Shown here: piece by piece, positions 1-13,278 of the stretch | How positions within the stretch are numbered: position 1 is the stretch's first letter | How the letters are laid out: each line of letters opens with the position of its first letter | Notes under the pieces: model-generated | Told to the model about the DNA's origin: nothing | Seen by the model: the letters and a program-made list of their open reading frames with translations, nothing else | The model's database searches: none | Program-made: the position numbers and the translations under genes | Assembly (NCBI RefSeq): GCF_001194135.2 | Contig: NC_069002.1 | Coordinates: 8,809,441 to 8,873,440, forward strand | Length of the DNA: 64,000 nucleotides | Source: Octopus bimaculoides | Taxonomy: Eukaryota | Direction: 5' to 3'

Positions 1-322
1 TTTTTGTAACACCAGTAAATGAGCGGTTTTTTTGCCGTGCTTCTACTTTCTGTTGCTTCTAATTTTATTGTCGTTAGTGTTGTTGTTGCTGTTCCAGCTG
101 CTGCTGCCGCTGTTCACATTGCTTGTTATCGATGTTATTGTAATGGCCTCATTATTACTGCTATATTTTGTCGGGTACTAGAGCGGTTGCGGTAGAAATG
201 AATTCCTCTCGGCGACATGCTGCTCCGCTTCACATATCGTTGCTTCGCCAGTTATAGTTTCCGTTGTCATTGCTACTGCTTGATGCTCCTGTTGCTGTTG
301 CTGCTGATACTGCTGCTGCTGG

Positions 323-360
<38 letters not shown>
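323..360. repeat. (GAT)n trinucleotide microsatellite
   Basis: Perfect GAT run, preceded by degenerate (GCT)n. Confidence 0.95.
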
Positions 361-896
361 TAATTAATGCTCCTAGTGTTACTGGTCTTTATTACAGTTA
401 TGATGCTCTCCGGTGGGAGATATTGACAGTGAACGACAGTTTCACCTTCAAAGCCATCTTTCATTTTCTTCTCTTGCTGATCTGACGGTAAAGATGAAAG
501 TGAGGAAATCATTTTTGTTTTTTCAAAGGTTGCCCTGTGTGGCAAGTAACAAAAGAAGGCTTGCGAGTCTCGTACACTCCAGGAAAGCTACGCTTAATAA
601 CAAGATCTAACAAGAAAATTAACAAATAAAACCCTCTGGAAAAGAAAACAAGACTTCTAAATCAAAGGTTGTAAAATACATTCAAAAAGCGCTGAAAAAG
701 TGACACTGATAATTCTAATATAAATTAGTGAGCGTGCGTGTCTCTGTGCGCGCGCACTGGTGTATGTGTGTGTGTGTGTGTGTGTGCGAGTGTGAGTGTG
801 TGTGTGTCTTAATTACTGGACAGAAAACGAAGACAACACGCGTGGTTCGTTTTGACAAATGTCGTATTTGTTCAAAACATAAAAGAGGGAAAGATG

Positions 897-934
897 TTCT
901 TGACATTTTGGACACTGGACCTTCGTCAGAAAAA
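897..934 (-). ncRNA. Fossil type I hammerhead-like motif, probably inactive
   Basis: Minus strand: ttttt CTGACGA aggtccagtgtcc AAAA tg TC aagaa. CUGANGA core is intact; GAAA-CG-TC has decayed to AAAA-TG-TC, which matches two CpG transitions; 5-bp U/A stem I. Confidence 0.4.
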
Positions 935-1723
935 AAAATTAAAAGCATTATCTTTACTATCGAGATTTCATGCAGATGTTGTCCTTAGGTAATTTCCACC
1001 TCATTTAACTTTCTACCAATGTTAAAATCAATATAACTGTCGTTGCTTCTTTTAATACATTTCAGTTTAGTGTCAAACTATATGATGCACTACCATACTT
1101 AGTTCCATTTTGTTATGATCTGAGTTCATATCCCGCAGGTATCGTCTTCAACTTTTATTTCCTTACAGTCACAGCGGTGCCAATGTGTGAGAAATTATTA
1201 CACATTATTGTACGAATGTCTGATCTAATTAGATTATTTAATCATAAATGAGAATGGAAATTCGTGTTATTCACTCATATTGTCGCCGAAAACAACGATA
1301 ATTGTTTTTGAAAAAAAATGCAATTATCACCTGAAAAGTTTACGTATTAAAGCAAAAACGATAAAATAAAAGAATCTAGAACATAGGTGTTAGAAAGTAA
1401 TGCATGAGTCGATTAGAAATAATTCCATGTGAATATATGGAGGTGTTGGTGGTAGGAATTAAATGCGTCTGTAGAAATGGTGTGGGACGGGTCGGTTCGA
1501 AAACCCTTGCTTGGTGTGAAATACAGTCAATATTGGTAGCGTTAATTAACTGTTATGGGTGTTAATTTATTTCTATAATTATTGAGGAAATTGTTATTTT
1601 AATCCAGAAAATATGTGTAGGGCCAATATTTGCATAAATAGTATGTAAATATGAGAGTTTAATGCATATACGTATATATGTCCATATGTTTGTGTGTGTG
1701 TGTGTGTGTGTGTNNNNNNNNNN

Positions 1724-1757
<34 letters not shown>

Positions 1758-2014
1758 GTGCAGACCAGTTCGAGCGAAGCATTGTGTGATATTTCAAGTC
1801 AAACTTGTTCAAAAGCCAATACATTGTGAATTAAAATATAGAGAAAATGAAAATAGAAGAGCAGTTTACACCTTATTTTATATGTCAATATTTCGGTGTT
1901 AATAACACTTTCTCAAAGCAAAATGGAGGACGGTGCCGAGCTGGAAATTTTCACCAGATATGTGGGTGGAGTGTGTAACTTGCACAGACTGGTTTACAAT
2001 TCAATACAAGTGTT

Positions 2015-2285
2015 TTGTTGTTGTTGTTGGCACTCCGTCGCTTACGACGTCGAGGGTTCCAGTTGATCCGATCAACGGAACAGCCTGCTCGTGAAATTAA
2101 CGTGCATGTGGCTGAGCACTCCATAGAAACGTGTACCCTACCCTTTACGTAGTTCTCGGGGATATTCAGCGTGACACAGTGTGACAAGGCTGACCCTTTG
2201 AATTACAGGTACAACAGAAACAGGAAGTAAAAGTGAGAGAAGGTTGCGGTGAAAGAGTACAGCAGGGTTCGCCACCATCCCCTGC
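2015..2285 (-). mobile_element. SINE group A, 5'-truncated, with (CAA)n tail
   Basis: Near-identical to the complete copies at 41179-41567 and 47890-48265. Confidence 0.9.
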
Positions 2286-2294
2286 ATTGTCTAT

Positions 2295-2440
2295 GTCCCG
2301 GCAATGTAACGTAACGGTTCGGCAAAAGTTTCTGATAGAAGTACCAAGCTTTATAAGTACTGCAGTCGATTTCTTTGACTAAAACCCTTCGAAGTGGCAC
2401 CCAAGGATAGCCAAAGTCCAATGTCTGAAACAAAAGTAAA
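2295..2440 (+). mobile_element. SINE group C, 3' half, diverged
   Basis: cggttcggcaaaag...gtcgatttctttgactaa...ctgaaacaa matches the other C tails. Confidence 0.8.
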
Positions 2441-3029
2441 TTTTAAAAAATCTAAAAACAAGGATAAAAGAAGATAACTTGTATATATTTTACCCGAGTA
2501 TTTGTCATAAGGATAGGATTTATAGATAACAAATCACAAGTACCTACATCTTTCCTACGATTTTCACATTTAGAGGGTTTCGTGGAACATCATAAGTACA
2601 CGTATCATCCGTTTTACGATAATACTTAGTATCTATGACTATTTCGCTATCATTTTTCTTACAATCTTACCACGAACCGTTCTTATAAATTTTCATACTT
2701 TCTAACTACTCCATTCGAAAATGTGTAGCATATACAAAATATATCCTCTCAAGTTCTTTTTAAGATATTTTAAAACCATTTTCCTGTTTCGTATATATAT
2801 TCTGACCGAGTGGTTTGTTCCGGCCCGAATAAATAATTACAGAAAAAGAAATATAAGTTGTTTTTTCATTATTCAGTAAGTTGTCATATATAAAATACGT
2901 TCTCGAGTCCTTTAAGGAGATTTGCCATTAGGATCTTTATTATTGTATTTTTCAACAGAGGCGAGTCATTCTTCATTACTAATGGGTTCACTATAAATTT
3001 TTTGTAATATGAGAAACATATACACGATC

Positions 3030-3424
3030 TAGCTGTGTGGATAAGACGCTCGCTCTGCAACCGCGGTGATTTGGGTTCGGTTCCTCTGCGTGGTATCTTG
3101 GGTAAGTGTTTCTACAATATCTCCAAGCTCATCAATGTTTTGTGAGTGAGTTTGGTAGATGGAAACTGCGGAGGCCAATCACATACACCCACGCCCATAT
3201 GTACACACATATGTACGCATAGGTGTGTGTATACATATCTGTATATGTGTGTATATGTATATATATATGTATGGATGGATGGATAGATGGATGGATAAGA
3301 ATTTATACACTTCGAGGGAACGTGAAATAATTCTTTTCTGGAGCGGTGAAAGTCGAAGCAGATGATGTTGTAAAATATTTACACACTATTATATGTATAC
3401 GTGTATTTATGTGTATATATATAC

Positions 3425-3479
<55 letters not shown>

Positions 3480-3725
3480 GTATGGATTTATGTATATGTA
3501 TATGCTTGTGTTAATCCGTCATCCCCACCCTTGTCACTTCCCAACCTGTCTTGATTTGTTTATGTCCATATAACATAGTGGTTCGGCAAAAGGAACGATA
3601 GAATACTACAAGACTTTAAAATATGTACTGGGGCCAATTTGTTTGACTGAAACTCTTTTAGGTGATGCTCCAGCATGATCGCAATCCAATGAGTAAAACA
3701 AGTAAAAGATGAAGGATGAAAGACC
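3030..3725 (+). mobile_element. SINE group C, full-length old copy with expanded internal (TA/TG) microsatellite
   Basis: tRNA-like head (gctgtgtgg...gggttcggttcc), ttgggtaagtgt block, ttggtagatggaaactg, microsatellite, then tail ggttcggcaaaagg...gctccagcatga. Confidence 0.8.
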
Positions 3726-4010
3726 TTGACAGTTCTGCATATAAACGTGTACTTAAAAAAGTGGTACAGTCCCCTTTAATGAATGTGTTCCACACAGCAA
3801 AATGTTAGTCCTGATAGACACATTCTTTTATTCTTTTATTCTTTTACTTGCTTCAGTAATTTAAAGGCGGTCTTACAAAAGAAATAATAAGCCCTGTGGT
3901 CGATTCATTCGACTAAACTTGCTCTAGGTGTTGCCACAGCAAGGTCGTAGTCTGACTGAAGCAAGTACAAGAGAGAATTCAAAATTAAAAAAAAGAACAA
4001 CAGTCCTTCC

Positions 4011-4246
4011 CGAGCCAAAGACTTATAAGGGATGTTTCCCGGACTCTGTGGCGTATATATTCCTTCCACTGGACCGGATACCGGTTGGTTCGCAGGATTA
4101 CTTACTTTTAGAAGTTAAGAAGACTGAAGCAACATATAGTGAAATGCTTCGCTCAGGAACGCAACTCATCGCCTCGCCTAAGAATTGAAACCACAATCTT
4201 ACGATCGTAACTGTAGTACTTTAACCGATAAGCCATGTGTCTCTCC
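4011..4246 (-). mobile_element. tRNA-derived CORE-type SINE with tail D
   Basis: Minus strand: A/B-box head, CORE-like gttcctgagcgaagcatttcac, tail ...ggtccagtgg...tatatacgccacagagtccgggaaac, similar to 59754-59946. Confidence 0.7.
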
Positions 4247-4567
4247 CAATATATCATCATTTTCATAAAATTACATTTATGAACTTCCAGAGCAAAACAT
4301 AATTACAATATACGATGCAGATATACAAGTTTTCAATAATAGCATTTTATATTTATTGAGTTTTTTAAACATATTTAATAGTTATATGTTGCTTAAATTG
4401 GATTTATAGATATTTTTTAACAAAACTTGATCTTACAGTGTGTCTTATTTAATCCAGCTAGATACTTCGAAACAAAAATACACGCATACACAGCCATTTC
4501 CATATACAAGTAAGTATGCAATATATATGTGTGTATATATGTAGTATGATAATATATATATGTATAC

Positions 4568-4599
<32 letters not shown>

Positions 4600-4612
4600 G
4601 TATGTATATGTG

Positions 4613-4659
<47 letters not shown>

Positions 4660-4661
<2 letters not shown>

Positions 4662-4818
4662 TTTCATTTGTTTCAGTCATTTGACTGCGGCCACGCTGGA
4701 GCACCGCGTTTAGTCGAACAAATCGACCCCATGACTTATTCTTTGTAAGCCTATTACTTATTCTATCGGTCGCTTTTGCCGAACCGTTAAGGTAAGGGGA
4801 CGTGAACACACCAACATC
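4660..4818 (-). mobile_element. SINE group C, 3' half
   Basis: tttgtttcagtcatttgactgcggccacgctggagcaccgc...ttttgccgaaccg. Confidence 0.9.
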
Positions 4819-5144
4819 TACACTACCACCTACACCACCACCTACACTACCACTTACACCACCACCACTTACAAATCCTCTTCCTCCTCCTTCTCTTCCT
4901 TTTCAGTCAATTCCAGTGATTTCACATTTTTCTTTAAAATTACAAACTGACAAAACATTGAGATAGAGAGAAGTTACGGAGTTCATGCCTTCACCGCCCA
5001 AGATTATTAAACAACCTAAGTGAAGCGCTCACACAAATTCCGCACCACCATCACATTTTTCAAAATATTAATTGCTTAATTGTTTAATTAGCTAAATACT
5101 TCATTAATTTTCATTTCGATTAAATCAATTGGTTTTTATTCAAC

Positions 5145-5290
5145 TGCATCATCATCGTCGTCAACATCATAATCATCATCGCCATCGTCATAATCACACA
5201 CATGATCATCACCAACACCACCATCACCACCATCATTACCATCATTATTTACCATCATCATTATCGTCATCATCGTCATCATCGTCATCA
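5145..5290. repeat. Compound (CAT/CAC)n low-complexity repeat
   Basis: Degenerate triplet repeat. Confidence 0.85.
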
Positions 5291-7076
5291 TTTTGTTTCA
5301 ATGATTCATAACTGCAAAATAAATCAAATAAGAAATTTTGAAAAAAAAATAAAATAACGGATAAATTTGATTAAATCCACAAAAAAATGTATCGGAAATA
5401 AACTTATAGAATATAATTTTTCTACTGAAGAACTCATTATTTGTTTGTTTGTTTTTATCTTTAATGAAATAATAACAACAACAATAATAATGATAATAAT
5501 GTTTTTTTTTATGAAACGCTGAAGGTTCACAAATACACGCTGAGGACGGTACAGGACACTACAATACAAATAAAGTGGGATTACAGAATAAGAAAGACGT
5601 GTAAGCAAAAGAATAATAAATAACATCCTAATAATCTAAAGAGGCTGATTTTCCAAGGACTGCGCGTGGAAACCCCACAAGACCACGATCCACCTCATCT
5701 CTAGGGCAAGTGTCCTCGCTTCTTCATTCACTCTCAGTCTAGAAGCGCAATACGTTCACCCACCATGCCTATCCCCTTTCACCCTCACTTTCCTTTTCAA
5801 GTGAAATTTGAAAAATTGATGAGAGCTTGGGGGAAGCGGAAAATACTTGCCCTTAGCCTTTTTAGTCGCCTCCGCCATGCAACTATTTTCGCTGTGACCA
5901 TCAGCCAAAGAAACACTGCTGATAGCACAGGCTTGAGACGTAACAGTGGCGACGAGGATTTCGTAGCTCACACAGCCACTGTATAGTATTGAGATATAAC
6001 AGTGTTTCCTTATATTTATCTGTTTCCCTTTGCTTGTTCCTAATTAATTTTGTAGTCCTACTATTGCTATTTTCTAGTAGTTCTTTATCTATACCAAGCT
6101 TCCGCCACCACTACCTTTTTATGCAAAATAGATATATTCTGTCAGCTTTTGGATGTGAGCTTCTGAAGGCCGTCAGTAATTTCTTGCTTTTCAGTCTAAA
6201 CTTTTTAATTCTCTCGACTTTTAGTCGATTATATTGGAGCTGTAATTTATAACTGGGATGACTAACATATTTGTGAAGTTTTTAATGACAGAGATGATCG
6301 TTAACTGTAAAGAGACAGTGTATGCAGTGAAAATGAGATCTAAATGTTGGTTCTAATGACATAACTTAACGTTGATTTCAATAAAATCGCCCGGAGGTGA
6401 TTATAATGTCACAGCTCTAGGTTTTAGCTGTAATGAAACGGTGTTTATAGTAATGAGAGCTTAGAAGTATTTTTAAAGATACACCTCAAAGGTGGTCGGA
6501 ATTAAATAGTTTAGCAATGGATGTAATGTCTCAAATCTGTATATATATATATATATNNNNNNNNNNNNNNNNNNNNNNNNNNNNNNNNNNNNNNNNNNNN
6601 NNNNNNNNNNNNNNNNNNNNNNNNNNNNNNNNNNNNNNNNNNNNNNNNNNNNNNNNNNNNNNNNNNNNNNNNNNNNNNNNNNNNNNNNNNNNNNNNNNNN
6701 NNNNNNNNNNNNNNNNNNNNNNNNNNNNNNNNNNNNNNNNNNNNNNNNNNNNNNNNNNNNNNNNNNNNNNNNNNNNNNNNNNNNNNNNNNNNNNNNNNNN
6801 NNNNNNNNNNNNNNNNNNNNNNNNNNNNNNNNNNNNNNNNNNNNNNNNNNNNNNNNNNNNNNNNNNNNNNNNNNNNNNNNNNNNNNNNNNNNNNNNNNNN
6901 NNNNNNNNNNNNNNNNNNNNNNNNNNNNNNNNNNNNNNNNNNNNNNNNNNNNNNNNNNNNNNNNNNNNNNNNNNNNNNNNNNNNNNNNNNNNNNNNNNNN
7001 NNNNNNNNNNNNNNNNNNNNNNNNNNNNNNNNNNNNNNNNNNNNNNNNNNNNNNNNNNNNNNNNNNNNNNNNNNNN

Positions 7077-7109
<33 letters not shown>

Positions 7110-7126
<17 letters not shown>

Positions 7127-7335
7127 TGTGTCGGTTTGTCTCCCCAGCATCGCTTGACAACCGATGCTGTCGTGTTTGCGTCCCCGTAACTTAGCGGTTC
7201 GGCAAAAGAGGACGATAGAATAAGTACAAGGCTTAGAAAGAATAAGCTCTAGGGTCAATTTGCTCGACTATAAAGGCGGTGCTCCAGCATGGCCACAGTC
7301 AAATGACTGAAACAAGTAAAAGAGAGTAAAAGAGA
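7110..7335 (+). mobile_element. SINE group C, 3' half following (TG)n and a gap
   Basis: catcgcttgacaaccgatgc...aaaggcggtgctccagcatggccacagtcaaatgactgaaacaagtaaaaga. Confidence 0.9.
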
Positions 7336-9166
7336 GTATATATATATATATATATATATATGTAAAATTTATGAACACTGTATATATATATGTAGAGGGT
7401 GTTCACAAATTCTCGTTACAGCTTCCGTAATTTATTATATTGTATCGTCTAGACGTGTTGCGTGCAACCAATAAAACCTGTGTCGAATTGTTCTGGTGAT
7501 AACTATACTGTTATCCTTCTGTTTCATTTTTCTCAATTTCTCTATGTATATATGTATGTATGTATGGATGGATGGATGGATGTATACATGCAGATTTGTA
7601 TGTGTTGTTTTATGTATGTCTTCTCATACATATAGTTGTATATCTAGTGTGGTATAGTGAAACTTTATAGCCCTTCCCGTTAAAAAGTGGTAGTATAATT
7701 AAAACAATGTCATATTTTAAACCTGAGAAACGTCTTGCATAGTTCTACTGTGTGCGTCCGTGTGTATAGTTGTGGGTTGTATCGAAACAGTTCAGCGTTA
7801 GATGTATTGAAGTGGCTCAGTGATGGTTGTAATGACACAACGGAGATATGCTTCTTTTTAAATAATTTATTGACGGTTGCAATAACATAGCTCATTAATG
7901 ATTGCCGGAATAACTCCTACATTTGATGGAATAACACAGTTTAAATGTACTAATAACACAACCTCACAACAGCAAGAAAATTGACTTAATCTCTTGTGCT
8001 TTTTTTGTTTGTTTTTTACTCAGGAGTCTCTACTACAAATTGATTTTTGCGCTGAGACTTAAGTAACTGATATTCACAGCCAATGAAATGTACGTAAGAT
8101 GACGTAAGTAAATATTTAAACAAACTTTTCTGCTTTGTTTTACTTTCTATACATACATATATACGTATGTATATATGTATGCATGTATGCATATATATAT
8201 ATNNNNNNNNNNNNNNNNNNNNNNNNNNNNNNNNNNNNNNNNNNNNNNNNNNNNNNNNNNNNNNNNNNNNNNNNNNNNNNNNNNNNNNNNNNNNNNNNNN
8301 NNNNNNNNNNNNNNNNNNNNNNNNNNNNNNNNNNNNNNNNNNNNNNNNNNNNNNNNNNNNNNNNNNNNNNNNNNNNNNNNNNNNNNNNNNNNNNNNNNNN
8401 NNNNNNNNNNNNNNNNNNNNNNNNNNNNNNNNNNNNNNNNNNNNNNNNNNNNNNNNNNNNNNNNNNNNNNNNNNNNNNNNNNNNNNNNNNNNNNNNNNNN
8501 NNNNNNNNNNNNNNNNNNNNNNNNNNNNNNNNNNNNNNNNNNNNNNNNNNNNNNNNNNNNNNNNNNNNNNNNNNNNNNNNNNNNNNNNNNNNNNNNNNNN
8601 NNNNNNNNNNNNNNNNNNNNNNNNNNNNNNNNNNNNNNNNNNNNNNNNNNNNNNNNNNNNNNNNNNNNNNNNNNNNNNNNNNNNNNNNNNNNNNNNNNNN
8701 NNNNNNNNNNNNNNNNNNNNNNNNNNNNNNNNNNNNNNNNNNNNNNNNNNNNNNNNNNNNNNNNNNNNNNNNNNNNNNNNNNNNNNNNNNNNNNNNNNNN
8801 NNNNNNNNNNNNNNNNNNNNNNNNNNNNNNNNNNNNNNNNNNNNNNNNNNNNNNNNNNNNNNNNNNNNNNNNNNNNNNNNNNNNNNNNNNNNNNNNNNNN
8901 NNNNNNNNNNNNNNNNNNNNNNNNNNNNNNNNNNNNNNNNNNNNNNNNNNNNNNNNNNNNNNNNNNNNNNNNNNNNNNNNNNNNNNNNNNNNNNNNNNNN
9001 NNNNNNNNNNNNNNNNNNNNNNNNNNNNNNNNNNNNNNNNNNNNNNNNNNNNNNNNNNNNNNNNNNNNNNNNNNNNNNNNNNNNNNNNNNNNNNNNNNNN
9101 NNNNNNNNNNNNNNNNNNNNNNNNNNNNNNNNNNNNNNNNNNNNNNNNNATATATATACGTATGCA

Positions 9167-9202
<36 letters not shown>

Positions 9203-9819
9203 CATATATATATAATAAAAGTTACAGCTGCGAAAAATTGTATAATTAATACCAACATCAGTGCTTGTTATCAATAAAATTACACGCGTAATTTGTACAC
9301 AGCGACATTTCCACGCGTTACAAAAAAAATTATGTCTAAACGAAAAAAGATCAATATATATATTTAATATTTTTCTCTTTATGAATGCTTTTGAACTTCT
9401 GATTTTTCCATCAAAATCGTATGACCTGTAATTCCGTTGGCATGTATTTTATGACCTGTAATTTTGTTAAAATATACTTTATGAAAACACTAACCAAAGG
9501 CAACGGAATGATAAGCACGGAGAACGTTGATAGTGTTGTTTTTTTTTTCTTTAATTAATACTATCACTAGTGTTGTACTTGGTTTGCGAGATTCTTAATG
9601 TAATTTCGCGTGTTAAAACATATTTAGTAGTATCTTGGGTGGGGGGTCATTATGCAAATGATAAACACACGCACTGATTCTATTTCACTTCTTTTTGTCG
9701 AACATACAAATAAAGACAGAGAGTGTAAATACAGAGTAAACAATCGATGAAGACAAACATTAAGGGTCGTTAGGGCAAAGTGAATTGTAATGAGTAACGC
9801 CTGAGAGAAAATTTGAAAG

Positions 9820-9870
9820 AATATAGAATAAATATAGAATAAATATAGAATAAATATAGAATAAATAGAA
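9820..9870. repeat. 11-bp tandem repeat (AATATAGAATA) x about 4
   Basis: Direct reading. Confidence 0.85.
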
Positions 9871-10547
9871 GAGAAGAAAACAGTAGAAAATAAAACATCG
9901 GGAGCCGAGAAAAATAACATCCAACCCGGTGAACGTCAAGTCCAGAAAAAGAAAGGGGCAATAGAAAAGACCTGTAGTCACATGTGAGCAACAGAGGTTG
10001 AGAGGAAGGGAGACAAGAGAGAGGATGAGGGAAAGAAACAAAAGGAGTGAAGAGAAGAGAGAAGAAACGACAGATAGTAAGGAGTGGAACGAACACGGGT
10101 AGAGGAAGCAAAGAAGGTTATAGTGGGATAGAGAGAAAGACAGAAAACAATGTGTAGTCGCAGGAATTATATATAGATGTAAGAACTTATTGTTGGCATA
10201 ACTTTACACACACACTTATATATATATGTATATGTACCTCCTAGATTTCGATTATCTCCCCTATACTGGAAGAAATCCCTAATCCCCCTATCTAGAACTC
10301 TTCTTTTTCAGACTGGAGCGAACACGTTACAATGAAGTAGAGAAATTTGAAAAGACAACACGAAACCGGTTATTTCTCAAAATACAATGTTTATATACCA
10401 AAAAGATTTTATAACATTTTTCTAACATTTTTCTGACATAATTTAAATATATACTTTAACCATGTAACACAAGCCTTCTGTAGATTTTTCACTCTTATCA
10501 TCTTTTATACATCCAACCACGTGCTTTCATATACCAACTTTCTCACC

Positions 10548-10579
<32 letters not shown>

Positions 10580-11265
10580 TATATNNNNNNNNNNNNNNNN
10601 NNNNNNNNNNNNNNNNNNNNNNNNNNNNNNNNNNNNNNNNNNNNNNNNNNNNNNNNNNNNNNNNNNNNNNNNNNNNNNNNNNNNNNNNNNNNNNNNNNNN
10701 NNNNNNNNNNNNNNNNNNNNNNNNNNNNNNNNNNNNNNNNNNNNNNNNNNNNNNNNNNNNNNNNNNNNNNNNNNNNNNNNNNNNNNNNNNNNNNNNNNNN
10801 NNNNNNNNNNNNNNNNNNNNNNNNNNNNNNNNNNNNNNNNNNNNNNNNNNNNNNNNNNNNNNNNNNNNNNNNNNNNNNNNNNNNNNNNNNNNNNNNNNNN
10901 NNNNNNNNNNNNNNNNNNNNNNNNNNNNNNNNNNNNNNNNNNNNNNNNNNNNNNNNNNNNNNNNNNNNNNNNNNNNNNNNNNNNNNNNNNNNNNNNNNNN
11001 NNNNNNNNNNNNNNNNNNNNNNNNNNNNNNNNNNNNNNNNNNNNNNNNNNNNNNNNNNNNNNNNNNNNNNNNNNNNNNNNNNNNNNNNNNNNNNNNNNNN
11101 NNNNNNNNNNNNNNNNNNNNNNNNNNNNNNNNNNNNNNNNNNNNNNNNNNNNNNNNNNNNNNNNNNNNNNNNNNNNNNNNNNNNNNNNNNNNNNNNNNNN
11201 NNNNNNNNNNNNNNNNNNNNNNNNNNNNNNNNNNNNNNNNNNNNNNNNNNNNNNNNNNNNNNNNN

Positions 11266-11309
<44 letters not shown>

Positions 11310-11322
11310 CACACGTATATTC

Positions 11323-11465
11323 AATGGGCTTCCACAGTTCCTGTGTACCAAATTCACTCACAATGCGTTATTCGGCCCAGGACAATAATAGAAGACACTT
11401 ACCGGGGGTGATGCAAAGCGGGACTGAACCCGAAACCACGTGGTTGCAATGCGTGATTGCACCTA
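11323..11465 (-). mobile_element. SINE group C, 5' half (tRNA-like head)
   Basis: gggactgaacccgaaaccacgtggttg, agaagacactt, accaaattcactcaca. Confidence 0.8.
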
Positions 11466-11703
11466 CAGCTATAACAATACAACTATGATCTTTCGCAACT
11501 TACTGTAAAGCGCGCAACCAATAGACCGTTATTATTACTATGACTTCATCCTAATAATGAGGCCGGGAAGGTCTCGAAAACGTTAATGAAGTTATAGATT
11601 TAGGAATGCTTTTGTACCAGACTGGAACATAAATGATTTATCGGGAAGTGTGAAACGTCTTTAACAGAAAAAATATCAAATTTGAATATCATGGGTCTTT
11701 AAT

Positions 11704-11756
<53 letters not shown>

Positions 11757-12388
11757 GATTGTGTTTTTCTTTCAATGAACAATTGACGTAGCTGTCAGAT
11801 GCTTAATGATGGAGAATTGAACCCAAACATTATTGGAATAAAAACAATTTTCCAGTTCCAGCTATTTTATATTTTATTATTGTTAAATATATTTCTTTAT
11901 TTTTACATTTCTGTGTTTTTTTTTCTANNNNNNNNNNNNNNNNNNNNNNNNNNNNNNNNNNNNNNNNNNNNNNNNNNNNNNNNNNNNNNNNNNNNNNNNN
12001 NNNNNNNNNNNNNNNNNNNNNNNNNNNNNNNNNNNNNNNNNNNNNNNNNNNNNNNNNNNNNNNNNNNNNNNNNNNNNNNNNNNNNNNNNNNNNNNNNNNN
12101 NNNNNNNNNNNNNNNNNNNNNNNNNNNNNNNNNNNNNNNNNNNNNNNNNNNNNNNNNNNNNNNNNNNNNNNNNNNNNNNNNNNNNNNNNNNNNNNNNNNN
12201 NNNNNNNNNNNNNNNNNNNNNNNNNNNNNNNNNNNNNNNNNNNNNNNNNNNNNNNNNNNNNNNNNNNNNNNNNNNNNNNNNNNNNNNNNNNNNNNNNNNN
12301 NNNNNNNNNNNNNNNNNNNNNNNNNNNNNNNNNNNNNNNNNNNNNNNNNNNNNNNNNNNNNNNNNNNNNNNNNNNNNNNNNNNNNNNA

Positions 12389-12497
12389 AGAAGAAGAAGA
12401 AGAAGAAGAAGAAGAAGAAGAAGAAGAAGAAGAAGAAGAAGAAGAAGAAGAAGAAGAAGAAGAAGAAGAAGAAGAAGAAGAAGAAGAAGAAGAAGAA
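12389..12497. repeat. (AAG)n microsatellite
   Basis: Perfect run next to a gap. Confidence 0.95.
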
Positions 12498-12609
12498 ATA
12501 ATTATAGAATCAAATTGAAAGTTTGCAAGAAAACTGAAAGATACCAAAATCAAAAATACAAAAAAAAATTATTATATTTATTTATTAATGTTGATTGTTG
12601 AATATAAAG

Positions 12610-12980
12610 TAATGAGGATTGGAAAATATTGTTGAGGGGGGTGAGAGAGTGGAAGAGAATAAGAATAGGGTGGGGTGAGGATATAAATTGAGGAGGAGAG
12701 AGAGAATAAGGAGGGAGGTTGAGAAAGAGGAAGAGAGAGACACAGAGAGCGATGAGAAAATAGGCAGGGGTAAAGAGACGGAAGGGCAGGAGAAAAAAAC
12801 GAGTTGAGAGAGAGAGAGGGGGGGGTAAATAGGAAAAATTGAGAGATGAGAGACCGGTCAATAAAAATGAAATGTGTGAGAGAAGGTAGAGGGAAAAGAG
12901 AAAGAGGAGAGAGAGAGAAGTGAAAATAGAAAGAGGGAGAGGTGTACGTAGAAGAGAAGAAAAGAAATGAATGAGGAGTG

Positions 12981-13018
<38 letters not shown>

Positions 13019-13075
13019 AAACTGATAGGGAGATGAGAAGAGAAGAAGGTAAAAAAAAAGAAAGACAGGGAGATT
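12610..13075. repeat. Purine-rich (GA) low-complexity tract
   Basis: About 450 bp strongly A/G-biased on the + strand, with (GA)n cores. Confidence 0.8.
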
Positions 13076-13104
13076 TTGTGATTGTGTGAGAAATGTGAAA
13101 ATTT

Positions 13105-13278
13105 CTTTTCTACTCTAGGCACAAGGCCCGAAATTTTGGGGAAAGTGGGCCCAGTCAATTAGATCGATCCCGGTACGCAACTGTTACTTAATTTTTCGAC
13201 CCAGAAAAGATGAAAGGCAAAGTCGAAACCTCTATCTCGCGATCGAGAATGCAACACCCAAACGACCACGCCACGCAT
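13105..13278 (-). mobile_element. Chimeric SINE: CORE-family tRNA head fused to group B body and tail
   Basis: Minus strand: gcgtggcgtggtcgtttgggtgttgcattctcgatcgcgagatagaggttTCGActttgcctttcatc...aaaatttcgggccttgtgcctag. Confidence 0.75.

Noticed and set aside
5756-5986. Overlapping 71/73-aa ORFs in GC-richer unique DNA
   Set aside because: No recognisable domain and no convincing splice sites; within chance length.
7393-7425. Possible Tc1/mariner TIR (tagagggtgttcacaaattc)
   Set aside because: No partner TIR or transposase remnant found.
11799-12553. Poly-Glu / poly-Ser ORFs
   Set aside because: Translations of an (AAG)n microsatellite next to a gap; no flanking coding signal.
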